In this document: positions 37,818-46,733 of the stretch, one piece after another | Position numbering within the stretch: the first letter of the stretch is position 1 | How the letters are laid out: every line of letters begins with the position of its first letter | IMG/VR virus record: IMGVR_UViG_3300038345_000144 | Source of the DNA: a virus | Taxonomy: Duplodnaviria > Caudoviricetes | Strand: one strand, 5' to 3' | DNA: 64,000 nucleotides | Made by a program: the position numbers and the translations under genes | The notes under the pieces: generated by a model | Databases searched by the model: none | Told to the model about the DNA's origin: nothing | Seen by the model: the letters and a program-made list of their open reading frames with translations, nothing else

Positions 37818-37853
37818 GTTACAATTAGATTACAATGTTACAATTAGATTACA
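37818..37853. repeat. two tandem TGTAAT-N5-TGTAAC boxes
   Basis: GTTACAATTAGATTACA twice at 19-bp period. Confidence 0.75.
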
Positions 37854-38523
37854 TTGGTCCCAATTTCAGTTCGGTCATAATTTTATTTAATTCATACTCC
37901 CAAACTGCTTTGAAAGTACCGAGGGTATCTTTTTCAACGATTTTCTTGCTGGCTTCAAGGAACTCGGTAGGTGTTTCGCAGTTGCTATAACACTCATCTA
38001 ACTCCTTAATAATGTCTTGACTAATCTTAAGTTCTTCTTTGGAATAGTCAGAATAACCATTAGGGTAGATTTGCATTGACTTTTCTATATCAATGTCATT
38101 TCTCTTGAATTTCCAAATAAGACTATAAAGTTTGGACTCTAACAAATAATCCGCATCAGACTGCACTTCATCGTTAGGACCGTCATCAGAAACATCGTTA
38201 ACAATGCCCTGTTCCTCGGCAATCTTCAAAATCCTTCTAACTGCGTAGTCATAAGGCTTACGAGCCGTTTTACAGAAGTTAAATCCTGTTTCAAAATGCT
38301 CACAATCAGTGTTTGGAATAAAGAAGGTTTCGTGTCCGAGGTCGTTTGTTTCAGGACCATTCAACCAAATCCTGTCCATATTAGCAACGGGGCTTCCCTC
38401 ACCAAAACCATCAGCAAGTGATATGCCCTTTGAAGTACAATCGGCTATAATAGCGATTACCTGATTAACAAAATCCTCATCATAAGGCTTATCAGTTCTG
38501 TTCCAGTATCTTGTGTAACCCAT
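37849..38523 (-). CDS. phage-type hypothetical protein
   Basis: MGYTRYW...HETF...FNFCKTARKPYD. Confidence 0.75.
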   Translation of the reverse strand: MGYTRYWNRTDKPYDEDFVNQVIAIIADCTSKGISLADGFGEGSPVANMDRIWLNGPETNDLGHETFFIPNTDCEHFETGFNFCKTARKPYDYAVRRILKIAEEQGIVNDVSDDGPNDEVQSDADYLLESKLYSLIWKFKRNDIDIEKSMQIYPNGYSDYSKEELKISQDIIKELDECYSNCETPTEFLEASKKIVEKDTLGTFKAVWEYELNKIMTELKLGPM

Positions 38524-38534
38524 AAAAAATCTCC

Positions 38535-38705
38535 TTATCTCTCTGTGACATCTCCATCGTCATAAATGCGATAGGTTAAAACATCTCCTCCTGCTCGGCA
38601 GGTAAACTCCCAGAACGACCTGTCCTCATAAGAGTCAACAACCCTATCGGCAGGTGTCTTTTCAAACAAAATCTTCTTTGCTTCTTCTTCATCTAATCTG
38701 CTCAT
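38535..38705 (-). CDS. small hypothetical protein (56 aa)
   Basis: Not in track; coupled to upstream stop; MSRLDEEEAKK... Confidence 0.55.
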   Translation of the reverse strand: MSRLDEEEAKKILFEKTPADRVVDSYEDRSFWEFTCRAGGDVLTYRIYDDGDVTER

Positions 38706-38944
38706 TAGAAATATACCTCGTCGATTGCTACATCATAAACAACGGCTCCTTCTTCCTGCAAACGAGCCTTCAAACCTTTTTCAGAGTCGTCAACAGCATC
38801 AAACCATATACCTCGTTCGTCAGCCTCAACCCACACAGCAGTAACATCATCACAAATTTCCTGAATTTCGTCTACTGTTAAGTTGTCAACTACGCAAAGT
38901 AATTCTTTGGTGTCTTTATCATATACAGGTACTAATCCTCTCAT
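38705..38944 (-). CDS. hypothetical protein
   Basis: ORF with RBS. Confidence 0.65.
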   Translation of the reverse strand: MRGLVPVYDKDTKELLCVVDNLTVDEIQEICDDVTAVWVEADERGIWFDAVDDSEKGLKARLQEEGAVVYDVAIDEVYF

Positions 38945-38983
38945 AAAATGTCTCCTTTATTGTTATTTAATAAAAATATATTG

Positions 38984-39148
38984 TTAATCAATATAAATCT
39001 CCGCAGGAATGTCTCCTACCTCGTCGTGAAATTCTCCTGCTTCATCGTAATATTTGATGTCGCACCAGTTGTTTTCTTTTATCTCGATACTAACAACTTT
39101 AGGAAATTCCCACTGCCTACCATCTTTGTCAATAAGTCTAACTTTCAT
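38984..39148 (-). CDS. small hypothetical protein (54 aa)
   Basis: Not in track; AAGGGGG RBS; MKVRLIDKDGRQW... Confidence 0.55.
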   Translation of the reverse strand: MKVRLIDKDGRQWEFPKVVSIEIKENNWCDIKYYDEAGEFHDEVGDIPAEIYID

Positions 39149-39160
39149 TGGTCATCCCCC

Positions 39161-39583
39161 TTAAATTTCCTCGAACTTCTGGTCTTTACGCTTATCAATC
39201 TCGGCGTGTTCGCCATCGAAATCAATAACGGTCTTATCATTGAAGTTACCAAGTTCTTCCTCGCCTCCGAGTTCTTCCTCTGCGAGTTCCTGCTTGTTTC
39301 TGTAACCCAATTCGTCCAGACCTCTCTGCTTGAAATAGGTGTCAGTTATCCACTTCTGCTGTTCAAAGTAATACTGAACACGGGAAATCTGACCCTGCAT
39401 CTTGGTAATACCAGCACCCTTATGCGTACCATCAATAGTAGTAGCAAGAGTGGAGTTCAAAGCCATCATAGAGGCAGTTGTTTCCAGACGACCTGCAACG
39501 ATTTTCGCCGCACAATTATGTGTAAATATAGCATCTTCAGGTATCTGGACCTGCTTGCATTTATTTTTGTTAATCTTAATCAT
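39161..39583 (-). CDS. short intein C-fragment plus FtsK-like ATPase C-terminal fragment
   Basis: MIKINKNKCKQV...IFTHN|CAAKIVAGRL; remainder aligns gap-free with C-terminus of 34614-35702. Confidence 0.7.
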   Translation of the reverse strand: MIKINKNKCKQVQIPEDAIFTHNCAAKIVAGRLETTASMMALNSTLATTIDGTHKGAGITKMQGQISRVQYYFEQQKWITDTYFKQRGLDELGYRNKQELAEEELGGEEELGNFNDKTVIDFDGEHAEIDKRKDQKFEEI

Positions 39584-39672
39584 AAGCAAAATTCCTTTCA
39601 ACTTATTTTACTAATATTTCATACCGTAGTTTGTTGAAAAAGTTAGTCACTATTTTCAACTACCACCATAGG

Positions 39673-40014
39673 TCAGCCTCTTGCTTGCCTAACTATTTTT
39701 CTCAAACCCTCAACACTGATGACAATAGGGGCATAAAGGATTATCTTATCCTCTACAAACTCCTTAAACTCAACATTATCAAAGTCATATTTACTAACAG
39801 ATAAAATGTCTGAAGCCTCGCAGTCATACTGACCAGCAACTTCCTCAAACTGCTCTGCTAATTTATCATCAACTTTAGCGATGGCACTAACAATACCATC
39901 AAGGTCATCATATAAAGCCTGGTCAAGGTTATACTCCAAATCCTCTTCAAAATCGTTCTTGTAAATGTTAGAGGCATAAACTGTCAATTTTACTTTATAT
40001 TCTATATTAGCCAT
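39673..40014 (-). CDS. acidic hypothetical protein
   Basis: Paralogue of 23674-24048. Confidence 0.7.
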   Translation of the reverse strand: MANIEYKVKLTVYASNIYKNDFEEDLEYNLDQALYDDLDGIVSAIAKVDDKLAEQFEEVAGQYDCEASDILSVSKYDFDNVEFKEFVEDKIILYAPIVISVEGLRKIVRQARG

Positions 40015-40026
40015 AGTAAATCTCCT

Positions 40027-40356
40027 TTAGCCTTCTTCTCTTAATCCGTCTTGGATTAGTTCCCTGATTTTTTGCTCTGTTTCAGGGTCCAAATCAAAGA
40101 ATTCTTCGCAGACATCTCCTAAAACTCCAGCAAAAACCTTATCATCTTCAGGACACCAGCCCATATCATAGCGATAATACTCCAAACCCATCTCATCAAT
40201 GAATTCCTTTGCCTGGTATTTATAGAGTTTAGGTACTTTGATATATACAAAGTATTCTTCAGCAAACTCTACTACTTTGATGTCCTTACCTGTTAATTTA
40301 TCCAGCATCTCTTTCAAATTCTGATAGAGAGCCGCTTCAGCCACTTTTTTATCCAT
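40027..40356 (-). CDS. hypothetical protein
   Basis: ORF with RBS. Confidence 0.65.
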   Translation of the reverse strand: MDKKVAEAALYQNLKEMLDKLTGKDIKVVEFAEEYFVYIKVPKLYKYQAKEFIDEMGLEYYRYDMGWCPEDDKVFAGVLGDVCEEFFDLDPETEQKIRELIQDGLREEG

Positions 40357-40358
40357 AA

Positions 40359-40808
40359 TTAGTCCTCGTATGGGTCAATACTATCTATGCCGCCATCCAG
40401 ATAATCTGCATCAAGGTCAGCCAAAATAATAGTCAACTTATCGCCGTCAGGATTAGGATGTAAGCCCTGTCCGACCTCAATCTTTAATTTCAAGATGAAG
40501 TCAATAAAAGCCCTTAATTCCTTCTCCATCCAGACATAAATCTCATCGGAGATACCTGTTTGCTCGACATCATCGTTACAAATCAGGTAGAAGAAGAACT
40601 CAATATCACCAAAGTCGTTAATTTCAATTTCGGTGGTATCAAAGGAAATTGTTACTTTACCATTGGCAGAAGTTTCCATCTCAATTTCAGGTCTTGAATA
40701 TTCCTGAATTTTCTCATTGATTTCCTGCTGGATTTTTGCATTAACCTCTAAATCCCCCTCTTCAGGAATATTAGTAGGCATATTTATAATATAATTAACT
40801 CGCTTCAT
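40359..40808 (-). CDS. acidic hypothetical protein
   Basis: Shares TNxPE and NGKVT with 41178-41579. Confidence 0.7.
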   Translation of the reverse strand: MKRVNYIINMPTNIPEEGDLEVNAKIQQEINEKIQEYSRPEIEMETSANGKVTISFDTTEIEINDFGDIEFFFYLICNDDVEQTGISDEIYVWMEKELRAFIDFILKLKIEVGQGLHPNPDGDKLTIILADLDADYLDGGIDSIDPYED

Positions 40809-40810
40809 AA

Positions 40811-41131
40811 TTATTCTCCTTTAGGAACATAAGCGTCTAATACCAAACAGAAAGATACATTGATGGCAACGCTCTCTTCATCGCAGTCATTGGCGGGTTC
40901 AAATCTAATAATATGATTTACACCATACTTAACAAACTGCTCTTCATTGAATTCCATATGGTCAATTTCTCGACCTGCAAGTTCAGAGATTTCATCTAAA
41001 ATCTCGCCATAAGTATCATCATCCATATTTGTATAAATAATATGTAAAATCTCCTCGTCGGTATAACCCCTTCTGAACGCCCACTCACAATCAATCCAGC
41101 ATTTTACTGTGTAAGTCTGACTAACTACCAT
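40811..41131 (-). CDS. acidic hypothetical protein
   Basis: Paralogue of 56815-57153 (WxDCE, NMxDDTY). Confidence 0.7.
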   Translation of the reverse strand: MVVSQTYTVKCWIDCEWAFRRGYTDEEILHIIYTNMDDDTYGEILDEISELAGREIDHMEFNEEQFVKYGVNHIIRFEPANDCDEESVAINVSFCLVLDAYVPKGE

Positions 41132-41177
41132 AATTTGTTCTCCTTTACTGTGAATTTATATTACATTTTCATTACAA

Positions 41178-41579
41178 TTACACATTATCTTGTCTTAATT
41201 TTGTAATAAAGAGCCTGTCAAATGCTTTTTTATTAGTAATCTGTAAGGTCTCATCAACACTAATCGGAATTTTAGCACCTTCCAGTGCCTCAATAATTTC
41301 CATTGTCTTTTCCAAAATATATTCTTCAACCTTAACTGCCATACCAAGTCTTGAGGTATCAGTTTCACTAACGGTTGTGGCTCTGAAAGAATAGACACCG
41401 CCGACAAAACTACCGTAATAAATATGTACGGTTACTTTACCATTAGTGCCTGTGTCAATTTCCTTGTCCAAGTCCTTAATATCTTTCAAAGCAGTCTCAA
41501 ATCTTGATAAAAACAGGCTGTTTAGAACATAATTTTCAGGCAAATTAGTAATCAAATTGATATTGTAATATGACAGCAT
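41178..41579 (-). CDS. hypothetical protein
   Basis: Related to 40359-40808. Confidence 0.65.
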   Translation of the reverse strand: MLSYYNINLITNLPENYVLNSLFLSRFETALKDIKDLDKEIDTGTNGKVTVHIYYGSFVGGVYSFRATTVSETDTSRLGMAVKVEEYILEKTMEIIEALEGAKIPISVDETLQITNKKAFDRLFITKLRQDNV

Positions 41580-41581
41580 AT

Positions 41582-42055
41582 TTATTCTCCTCTGGATAAA
41601 TATTCTTCAACTGACGCTTCTGTTTCATCATCATTGAGTTCGGCATCAAAAGTAACATATTCTAAATCTAATGTCTTTTGTCCTATGGCAATAGCCACGA
41701 AGAATTTATTATTCTTAAAAACCACATCGGCTATTGGAACCTTAACATCTTTAATAGAACACTCTCTAATATCGGTAAGAATGGGTCCGTTACCAAGTGC
41801 CTTTACTGCCTCTAACAAGGTTGATTTATCAATTGTTTCAGGAATAACAGCGACAGTCATTCTAACAGGGGATGTCCACGCCTGACTGAACTTCAGGGTA
41901 TTTCCCTTATATGTATATGTCTTGTTTTCCAAGTCCATATTGATAATTTCATCGCAAGTATCAGCAAAATCATTTATGCTGTCGGCATCTACAAACTGAT
42001 TGAAAAATTCAGGATTAACGGAATATTCAATCTCGAAAAAATTATTCAAATCCAT
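41582..42055 (-). CDS. hypothetical protein
   Basis: ORF with RBS. Confidence 0.65.
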   Translation of the reverse strand: MDLNNFFEIEYSVNPEFFNQFVDADSINDFADTCDEIINMDLENKTYTYKGNTLKFSQAWTSPVRMTVAVIPETIDKSTLLEAVKALGNGPILTDIRECSIKDVKVPIADVVFKNNKFFVAIAIGQKTLDLEYVTFDAELNDDETEASVEEYLSRGE

Positions 42056-42058
42056 AAT

Positions 42059-42376
42059 TTATCTCCTTCTATACAGTATCTCCTGCGGAAATTGTCCTTC
42101 AACTAATTCAAATACCAACTGACTTCCAGCCTCAATATCTTTCTGGGTTACTTTGAGATTATTTTCTTTTACCCATTTCTGGACCAGGTTGATAATATCC
42201 TGTTTAGTAAAGGCATTTTCTCGCTTTACAGCCCCATCTTCGTATGCAGTTTCAGGAATATAAATGATGATGTCATCTGGAGAATTCTCCCAGTCCAGCA
42301 GTTTATATCCCAAACTATCATTAGATTTGGGCATATTTTTGAGCCTGTTATGCTCATTAAATTCTTCTATTGTCAT
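42059..42376 (-). CDS. hypothetical protein
   Basis: Paralogue of 53687-54055 (IYIPE, VKRENAF.KQD). Confidence 0.7.
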   Translation of the reverse strand: MTIEEFNEHNRLKNMPKSNDSLGYKLLDWENSPDDIIIYIPETAYEDGAVKRENAFTKQDIINLVQKWVKENNLKVTQKDIEAGSQLVFELVEGQFPQEILYRRR

Positions 42377-42423
42377 AAAATTCCTCTCAACTAACTATTA
42401 ACTTCCTTATATATAAATAGCCC

Positions 42424-42873
42424 TTAATAGTCGTCCACATTGATTTCTGCGTCATCAGGGAGCGTCGGAGGATTTACCTGAATAGACAATGCCTCAAGAC
42501 CCAACTTCTTGATAACCTCTCCTGCTATATTGAGGTCTTCAGGGAGGCAGTCACTACCATCATCTTTAATATTGACCACGCCGCCGAAACGGGGTTCATT
42601 TTCATCATAATCTACGGTTCCTCTAACATAGAGATTACGAACCTTAATTACGCCCTTATATTCTGTTTCAGGGACCAGGTTCCCCTCATCGTCCCAGTTA
42701 TTGTACTCAAAATCCCACTGGTCATAGCCATCATAGTCGTCTAATCCCAGTTCGAGGATATTTTCTACAATGTCATTTACCAGCATATAAGCATCGCTTA
42801 ATTCCTGCTTAACCTTAAATACAATTTTGAAAATCTGTTCGCCTTCGTGTGATGTGAAATTTCTGTAATACAT
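42424..42873 (-). CDS. acidic hypothetical protein
   Basis: Related to 53240-53674. Confidence 0.65.
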   Translation of the reverse strand: MYYRNFTSHEGEQIFKIVFKVKQELSDAYMLVNDIVENILELGLDDYDGYDQWDFEYNNWDDEGNLVPETEYKGVIKVRNLYVRGTVDYDENEPRFGGVVNIKDDGSDCLPEDLNIAGEVIKKLGLEALSIQVNPPTLPDDAEINVDDY

Positions 42874-42885
42874 AGTATTCTCCCC

Positions 42886-43080
42886 TTATATTTGTTCAAT
42901 ATATAATTTATGAGTGTCAGAGTCACTATAACAGTCGGCTTTGACCTCTCTAAATCGTATGTTTATATTTACAATATTCTTTGACATACAAATATTTGCG
43001 TCATCAGGTATTTCGGCTAAAAACCTTTTAAGGTCTCCAACCGTAGTATCATCTTTGATATTAAAGACGGGTTGTTTCAT
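42886..43080 (-). CDS. small hypothetical protein
   Basis: TVGDLKRFLAEIPDDA. Confidence 0.6.
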   Translation of the reverse strand: MKQPVFNIKDDTTVGDLKRFLAEIPDDANICMSKNIVNINIRFREVKADCYSDSDTHKLYIEQI

Positions 43081-43118
43081 ATAATTCTCCTATAATTTAT
43101 TACAATTTAATGACATTT

Positions 43119-43280
43119 TTAATCAAAACTGCTATCCCTTTTATCAGGGTCAAGAAAAACAGGAGTTCCATCTTCGCTAATAAGAATAGAATTTCCCTTA
43201 TTGTCTGAAATTATAGAACCCCTTTTGGCTTTTGCTACTTTCTCGTCAATATTAGCAGTTGGCTCTTTTTTCTGACACAT
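43119..43280 (-). CDS. small hypothetical protein (53 aa)
   Basis: Not in track; AGGAGG RBS; MCQKKEPTAN... Confidence 0.55.
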   Translation of the reverse strand: MCQKKEPTANIDEKVAKAKRGSIISDNKGNSILISEDGTPVFLDPDKRDSSFD

Positions 43281-43328
43281 AATTATCGCCTCCTTCTAAT
43301 ATGAATATACTCTTTTATTTTCTATTTG

Positions 43329-43691
43329 TCAAAATTTGGTAATGTACTCCTCTGCCAATTTGACTAAATCAATCTTAATAGGAATTTTATAGCGTAGAGT
43401 ACCACCAGTATCACCAATATATTCCAGTCCGTCTGTACGGTATGCTAACCAGTTCGAACTATTGATTATCCAAGATGACTGGGGGAATACATCTTCAATT
43501 ACATTTTTATACTTCTCGACTATCCCTTCTTCTTCAGCAGATAGGGTGCTGTTCTCGATAATATTCATCCAACCTGCCTCTGTCATCACATTACTCAACT
43601 GGTCATAAATCTCTGTATATAGGTCTTGAGCGTGTCCAAACACCTCGGTAGGCACAACATATAGTGTTAAGTCGTATAACATCTCCGTCAT
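43329..43691 (-). CDS. hypothetical protein
   Basis: ORF with RBS. Confidence 0.6.
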   Translation of the reverse strand: MTEMLYDLTLYVVPTEVFGHAQDLYTEIYDQLSNVMTEAGWMNIIENSTLSAEEEGIVEKYKNVIEDVFPQSSWIINSSNWLAYRTDGLEYIGDTGGTLRYKIPIKIDLVKLAEEYITKF

Positions 43692-43695
43692 CTCC

Positions 43696-44154
43696 TTATG
43701 TTAAATTTTCCAGCCAACAGCCCGTTAAAGTCGTTTCATACATACAGTCAGCCCTTACTTTAATGGCATCGGTCTTTTCAAAAGTATAGCCCTCTTCGAT
43801 GAGTTTCTGGGTAAACAGGTCCAGTATCTCTCGACAGACTGCTTCTTTCTTCTCCTGTGGGCTATTTTCCCACTTTGGTATAGATACAAATAAATTCTCT
43901 GTGGCTACTTGTTTTGCTAATGTCATATCTTTGTAATATTGTATTACGGCTCTGATACGACCAAACTGGGGCTGATAATATAAAACCACCTGAATATTTT
44001 TTGATTTAGGGGCTACCCAAGAGAAATTATTTGCAAAATTCTTTTCAACTATGTCTCTCTCCAACAACTGCTTATGCGTAATTTGCCCCTGCATAAATGG
44101 AACTAATTGTTCAATTTCAATGGTTGGAGCCTTATTTATTGTAGGATTATTCAT
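43696..44154 (-). CDS. hypothetical protein
   Basis: GGAGG RBS. Confidence 0.65.
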   Translation of the reverse strand: MNNPTINKAPTIEIEQLVPFMQGQITHKQLLERDIVEKNFANNFSWVAPKSKNIQVVLYYQPQFGRIRAVIQYYKDMTLAKQVATENLFVSIPKWENSPQEKKEAVCREILDLFTQKLIEEGYTFEKTDAIKVRADCMYETTLTGCWLENLT

Positions 44155-44177
44155 AGTAATTTACCTCCTAAAATATA

Positions 44178-44402
44178 TTAAATATATATGGTATCACTCA
44201 AATAATGGAAAACGATGTCCTGGTCCTCATATTTACTCTGGAAAAAATCAAGTAAATCCTCTTCCTTATCGCCTGCTTCCCATTCTTCTCTGGCTTTTTT
44301 GAACATTCCCTCAATGTCAAGGGTATAATCTGCCTCAATTACGCCAATAATCTCCTGATTTTCTCCGTCAAAAACGGCGGTAAAATTATGTAAACTGCTC
44401 AT
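44178..44402 (-). CDS. acidic hypothetical protein
   Basis: ORF with RBS. Confidence 0.6.
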   Translation of the reverse strand: MSSLHNFTAVFDGENQEIIGVIEADYTLDIEGMFKKAREEWEAGDKEEDLLDFFQSKYEDQDIVFHYLSDTIYI

Positions 44403-44405
44403 ATA

Positions 44406-44876
44406 TTATTCTCCTGTCGATTTACGGAAAGTTGCTAAATAGTCCTCACAATCATATAGTAATTCGTCATTGGTTTCGCCACCACACTCAATTACATCAG
44501 AACTACCTGTCCACTCGCCAATTTCTCCGTCTTCGGTCACATACCAAACAAAGATTTCAAACCAATTATTATTGCTGACATACAAGCCCTCATCTGCATC
44601 ACCACTATACCAATTATTAGGGTCTCCAAGAAGTTCTAATAACTCTTTAGGCATATCACTTGCTTGTCTGTAATTTTTGCCATTGTAATCTACTTCTACT
44701 TCGCCTCTAACCTCAATAGTTACAGCAAATTTATTATCAGCACTATAATAAGCACAAATCTCGGTATTACTGTCCAACTGCATAGCATCTTTGATTTGTG
44801 TTAAATCTTCATACACATCAAAAGTTGCACCATTTTTTGTAATCATACTTAATCGTCCTCCTTTAAGATATAACAA
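44406..44876 (-). CDS. acidic hypothetical protein
   Basis: NNNWFE motif; real start likely MITKN at 44846. Confidence 0.65.
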   Translation of the reverse strand: MLYLKGGRLSMITKNGATFDVYEDLTQIKDAMQLDSNTEICAYYSADNKFAVTIEVRGEVEVDYNGKNYRQASDMPKELLELLGDPNNWYSGDADEGLYVSNNNWFEIFVWYVTEDGEIGEWTGSSDVIECGGETNDELLYDCEDYLATFRKSTGE

Positions 44877-45196
44877 TAATCGACTTCCCAGATATGGTCA
44901 TAATCAATATAATCATCAAGTCTGGGCGTATCACTATTATCCTCTGGGTTGACTAAATTATAAGACCAAATGGACGCACCAATCATACCATCAAGAAAAG
45001 CCTTATTGTTGTTGGTAAATACATAACTTCTCTCTTGTTCTGTATAATCATTACGGTTAAAGCCCTTATTCTTCATAACAGCAACTATCTGGCACTCTGG
45101 GTCGCCTTTAGTTGGGGTATTACCGTGCCTAAATCCGTGTTTTCTGTTAAAATCCACCATATATTTCTTGGCTTCTTCCCAAGTATATCTCTGCAT
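44849..45196 (-). CDS. hypothetical protein
   Basis: RSY...NNKAF...GASI. Confidence 0.7.
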   Translation of the reverse strand: MQRYTWEEAKKYMVDFNRKHGFRHGNTPTKGDPECQIVAVMKNKGFNRNDYTEQERSYVFTNNNKAFLDGMIGASIWSYNLVNPEDNSDTPRLDDYIDYDHIWEVDYCYILKEDD

Positions 45197-45212
45197 AAAT
45201 TAACCTCCAATA

Positions 45213-45608
45213 TTAGCCTGTAAATTCATAGATGAATGACTTTAAGCCCATATCTTTGAGAGTCTGGCTATTGTCAATAACCTTTTTAATTTCATCAAGA
45301 AGATACCTCTCCTGGTCAGTACGGCTCTCACCAAGAACATTGGTATAGCACATAACGGACCCGTTACTGTCGTGGTGATAATCCCCGTCAAGTCTTAACT
45401 CAAACTCCAAGTCCGAGTATTTAGGACGGAAAGAGTGTTCTTCCTTCTTACATAGTTCCTTTAATCGTTTATTGACAATTTTAGTCATTTGCTTAACTAA
45501 TTCATCAACTTGAGCCTTATCAAATGTCCTGTTTCGAGAAGTGATAATTGATAAGTCCAAGTCCATAAATGTAGTCTGATAATCCACAACCCAATGCTTA
45601 TTTTCCAT
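45213..45608 (-). CDS. hypothetical protein
   Basis: ORF with RBS. Confidence 0.65.
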   Translation of the reverse strand: MENKHWVVDYQTTFMDLDLSIITSRNRTFDKAQVDELVKQMTKIVNKRLKELCKKEEHSFRPKYSDLEFELRLDGDYHHDSNGSVMCYTNVLGESRTDQERYLLDEIKKVIDNSQTLKDMGLKSFIYEFTG

Positions 45609-45651
45609 TATAAATTCTCCTCTTTTTTATTACATTTTGATGACATTTAGA

Positions 45652-46104
45652 TTACAACCATCTTGACGGAGTAGTAAACACAGCAAGAACTCTAAAATTA
45701 GGTGCAATTTTTACCTTTCCCTGTATTTTTGTTACTCCCCAATCTTGTAGGTCAGTTTCATCTTCTTTAGTAATAGTTTCAATAAAATCTAACACTTTAT
45801 CGCTAAAATAATCACATTCCTCAAAAAGAACAGTATTACCATTAGCCATAGCCTGTACTAATGAACTCTCTCTAAATACAGGTTTTCCATCTTCAAAGGC
45901 AAAGTCTTCAAGTATCTCTGATAAAGTGGTCACATCACGACCATTAAAAATGCGGGGAAGAGAATATTTTGCAGTAACTTCATTTACCTTACCACTACCC
46001 GCAGGACCACCGCTAACCCATAATTTATTATTGATTTTCTCGGTATGGTTTTGGTCGTCATTGATTTTGTTAATCTCTATCATTGTGTCTTTAATAATTC
46101 CCAT
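45652..46104 (-). CDS. degenerate MoxR/CobS-like AAA domain
   Basis: GPAGSGKV, DFAFEDGKPVF..S.L..AM..G..VLFEE; paralogue of 19194-20204. Confidence 0.7.
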   Translation of the reverse strand: MGIIKDTMIEINKINDDQNHTEKINNKLWVSGGPAGSGKVNEVTAKYSLPRIFNGRDVTTLSEILEDFAFEDGKPVFRESSLVQAMANGNTVLFEECDYFSDKVLDFIETITKEDETDLQDWGVTKIQGKVKIAPNFRVLAVFTTPSRWL

Positions 46105-46137
46105 AATTATTCTCCTTTATATTACATTTGTATTACA

Positions 46138-46500
46138 TTATATAGGGTAAAAACTCAATGTCACCCTTATTGTAATTTCTTCTCCAGTTGACACCTTAAC
46201 GATGCCTTTTCCAACAGTTTCCGATAATTGTTTTGGGTTATCTCCTATCCAATTATTTATATCCACCGTTTGTAGTTTTTCTATAACTTCGGATATAGGC
46301 AATTCCTGATTATTGGGGTGATTTAACTTATAATAATCAGCAATACCCTTAAAATCTTGTATTGTATTTGGATATAGTCCCCAGTTCAATATTGGCACAT
46401 TAGCAAAAGATAAGGTAGCCCTGACTTTGCATTTCACATCAAATGGAGCCAACGCCATATCAATTGTGGTTCTTTGGTCTAATATTTCCTGAATTGTCAT
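46138..46500 (-). CDS. hypothetical protein
   Basis: GAGGAG RBS before ATG 46500. Confidence 0.6.
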   Translation of the reverse strand: MTIQEILDQRTTIDMALAPFDVKCKVRATLSFANVPILNWGLYPNTIQDFKGIADYYKLNHPNNQELPISEVIEKLQTVDINNWIGDNPKQLSETVGKGIVKVSTGEEITIRVTLSFYPI

Positions 46501-46501
46501 A

Positions 46502-46726
46502 TTACTCCTCTTCCATACCAAAATACACTTGTCTTAAATGATTAAGTTTGTTTTGGCAGTTTTTGATTTTCTGAAGTAACTCATTTACCGTAGCGGTGGG
46601 TAATAAAGCAGATTGTTTACTACCATACGGGTAATCTTTCATAAGTTGTTTTATTTGACCATTGAGGTCTTCTAATTCCTGCTCTTTTTGGTCAATCGCT
46701 CTTTTGATTTCTTCTCTACTTTTCAT
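46502..46726 (-). CDS. coiled-coil hypothetical protein
   Basis: GAGGTG RBS before ATG 46726. Confidence 0.6.
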   Translation of the reverse strand: MKSREEIKRAIDQKEQELEDLNGQIKQLMKDYPYGSKQSALLPTATVNELLQKIKNCQNKLNHLRQVYFGMEEE

Positions 46727-46733
46727 AAGCACC

